Shown: one piece after another, positions 63,801 to 64,000 of the stretch
Layout of the letters: every line of letters begins with the position of its first letter
Position numbering within the stretch: position 1 is the stretch's first letter
Assembly (NCBI GenBank): GCA_004431415.1
Contig: QPMI01000049.1
Coordinates: forward strand, 279,245 to 343,244
Reading direction: 5' to 3'
DNA: 64,000 bases
Source: Cyanophora paradoxa CCMP329
Taxonomy: Eukaryota; Plantae; Glaucophyta
Position numbers and translations under genes: made by a program
Notes under the pieces: model-generated
The model's database searches: none
What the model saw: only the letters and a program-made list of their open reading frames with translations
What the model was told of the DNA's origin: nothing

Positions 63801-64000
63801 GCCGGAGAGCTGTTGGAAGAACTGCTTCCGCCTGGAAGCTGCAGCTGCTCTTCCGCCTGGAATAAGCGCTCGCTTTCGGACTCATCGCTCGCTGACTGTT
63901 CACCGTACGAAAAATCGGTCTTGGTACGATCAAGAGACCGCAAGTGAAGTTTACGAAGTTCCTCGGAATCGCCAAGGAGTCTGATCTTCAGAGCTAGAAG
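60100..64000 (-). CDS. Probable single multi-exon cargo gene D (low-complexity/NLS N-terminus, DOT1-like, linker, AWS-SET-postSET); start probably beyond the window
   Basis: Continuous run of minus-strand coding-like exons from 63943 (includes KRRRK) to about 60100, with no obvious intergenic gap. The fusion is inferred, not proven. Confidence 0.5.
62330..62940 (-). CDS. DOT1-like (H3K79-type) class I SAM-dependent methyltransferase domain
   Basis: NYGELG, then VVIADIGAGSGGVLRQLS (motif I) and KKLVGFEI (post-I). The next exon gives VVIGEA (motif II-like), then LTHA..YSD and ESIFVRLA. YGE upstream of D.G.G.G..L.Q is the DOT1 pattern. Confidence 0.72.

Larger units (their letters stand above)
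47443..64000. mobile_element. Large CACTA/En-Spm (CMC) DNA transposon; left end at 47443, right end not seen
   Basis: Starts CACTGGGAGCC exactly where a host ORF breaks. A subterminal repeat array follows. Composition is uniformly lower in GC, and an En/Spm-type transposase lies inside. Extension to the window edge is inferred from the absence of a matching right TIR. Confidence 0.75.

Noticed and set aside
44700-64000. Endogenous giant virus or Polinton
   Set aside because: No capsid, packaging ATPase, polymerase or integrase motifs were recognised. The En/Spm transposase and CACTG end explain the region better.

Overview
Eukaryotic, intron-dense, very GC-rich nuclear DNA with short introns, C-rich tracts and frequent GC-AG donors. 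The style resembles an alga or protist such as a glaucophyte, but this is inference only. Bases 1-44.7 kb hold host genes: a 14 kb soluble adenylyl cyclase/STAND-NTPase gene (ADCY10-like), an F-type lectin gene with probable ricin-like modules, a p24/GOLD cargo receptor, TBL2, a bZIP transcription factor and several hypothetical genes. Clusters of MITEs, some nested, lie between them. At about 44.7 kb the composition becomes visibly less GC-rich. A fibrocystin-L/IPT-TIG gene is cut at 47443 by the left end of a large CACTA/En-Spm (CMC) DNA transposon: a CACTG terminus followed by a GGTAAAG subterminal array. No right end was found, so the element probably exceeds 16.5 kb and runs out of the window. 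It contains an En/Spm-type DDE transposase (+ strand, about 54.3-59.1 kb), two unknown minus-strand genes and a 100-bp tandem array. Most notably, it appears to carry a minus-strand cargo locus encoding a DOT1-like (H3K79-type) methyltransferase domain followed by an AWS-SET-postSET (SET2/ASH1/NSD, H3K36-type) domain. This is a candidate transposon-borne anti-silencing chromatin writer. Reading frames inside the element carry many single-base frameshifts, from either decay or unpolished long-read errors. Coordinates of spliced genes are approximate.
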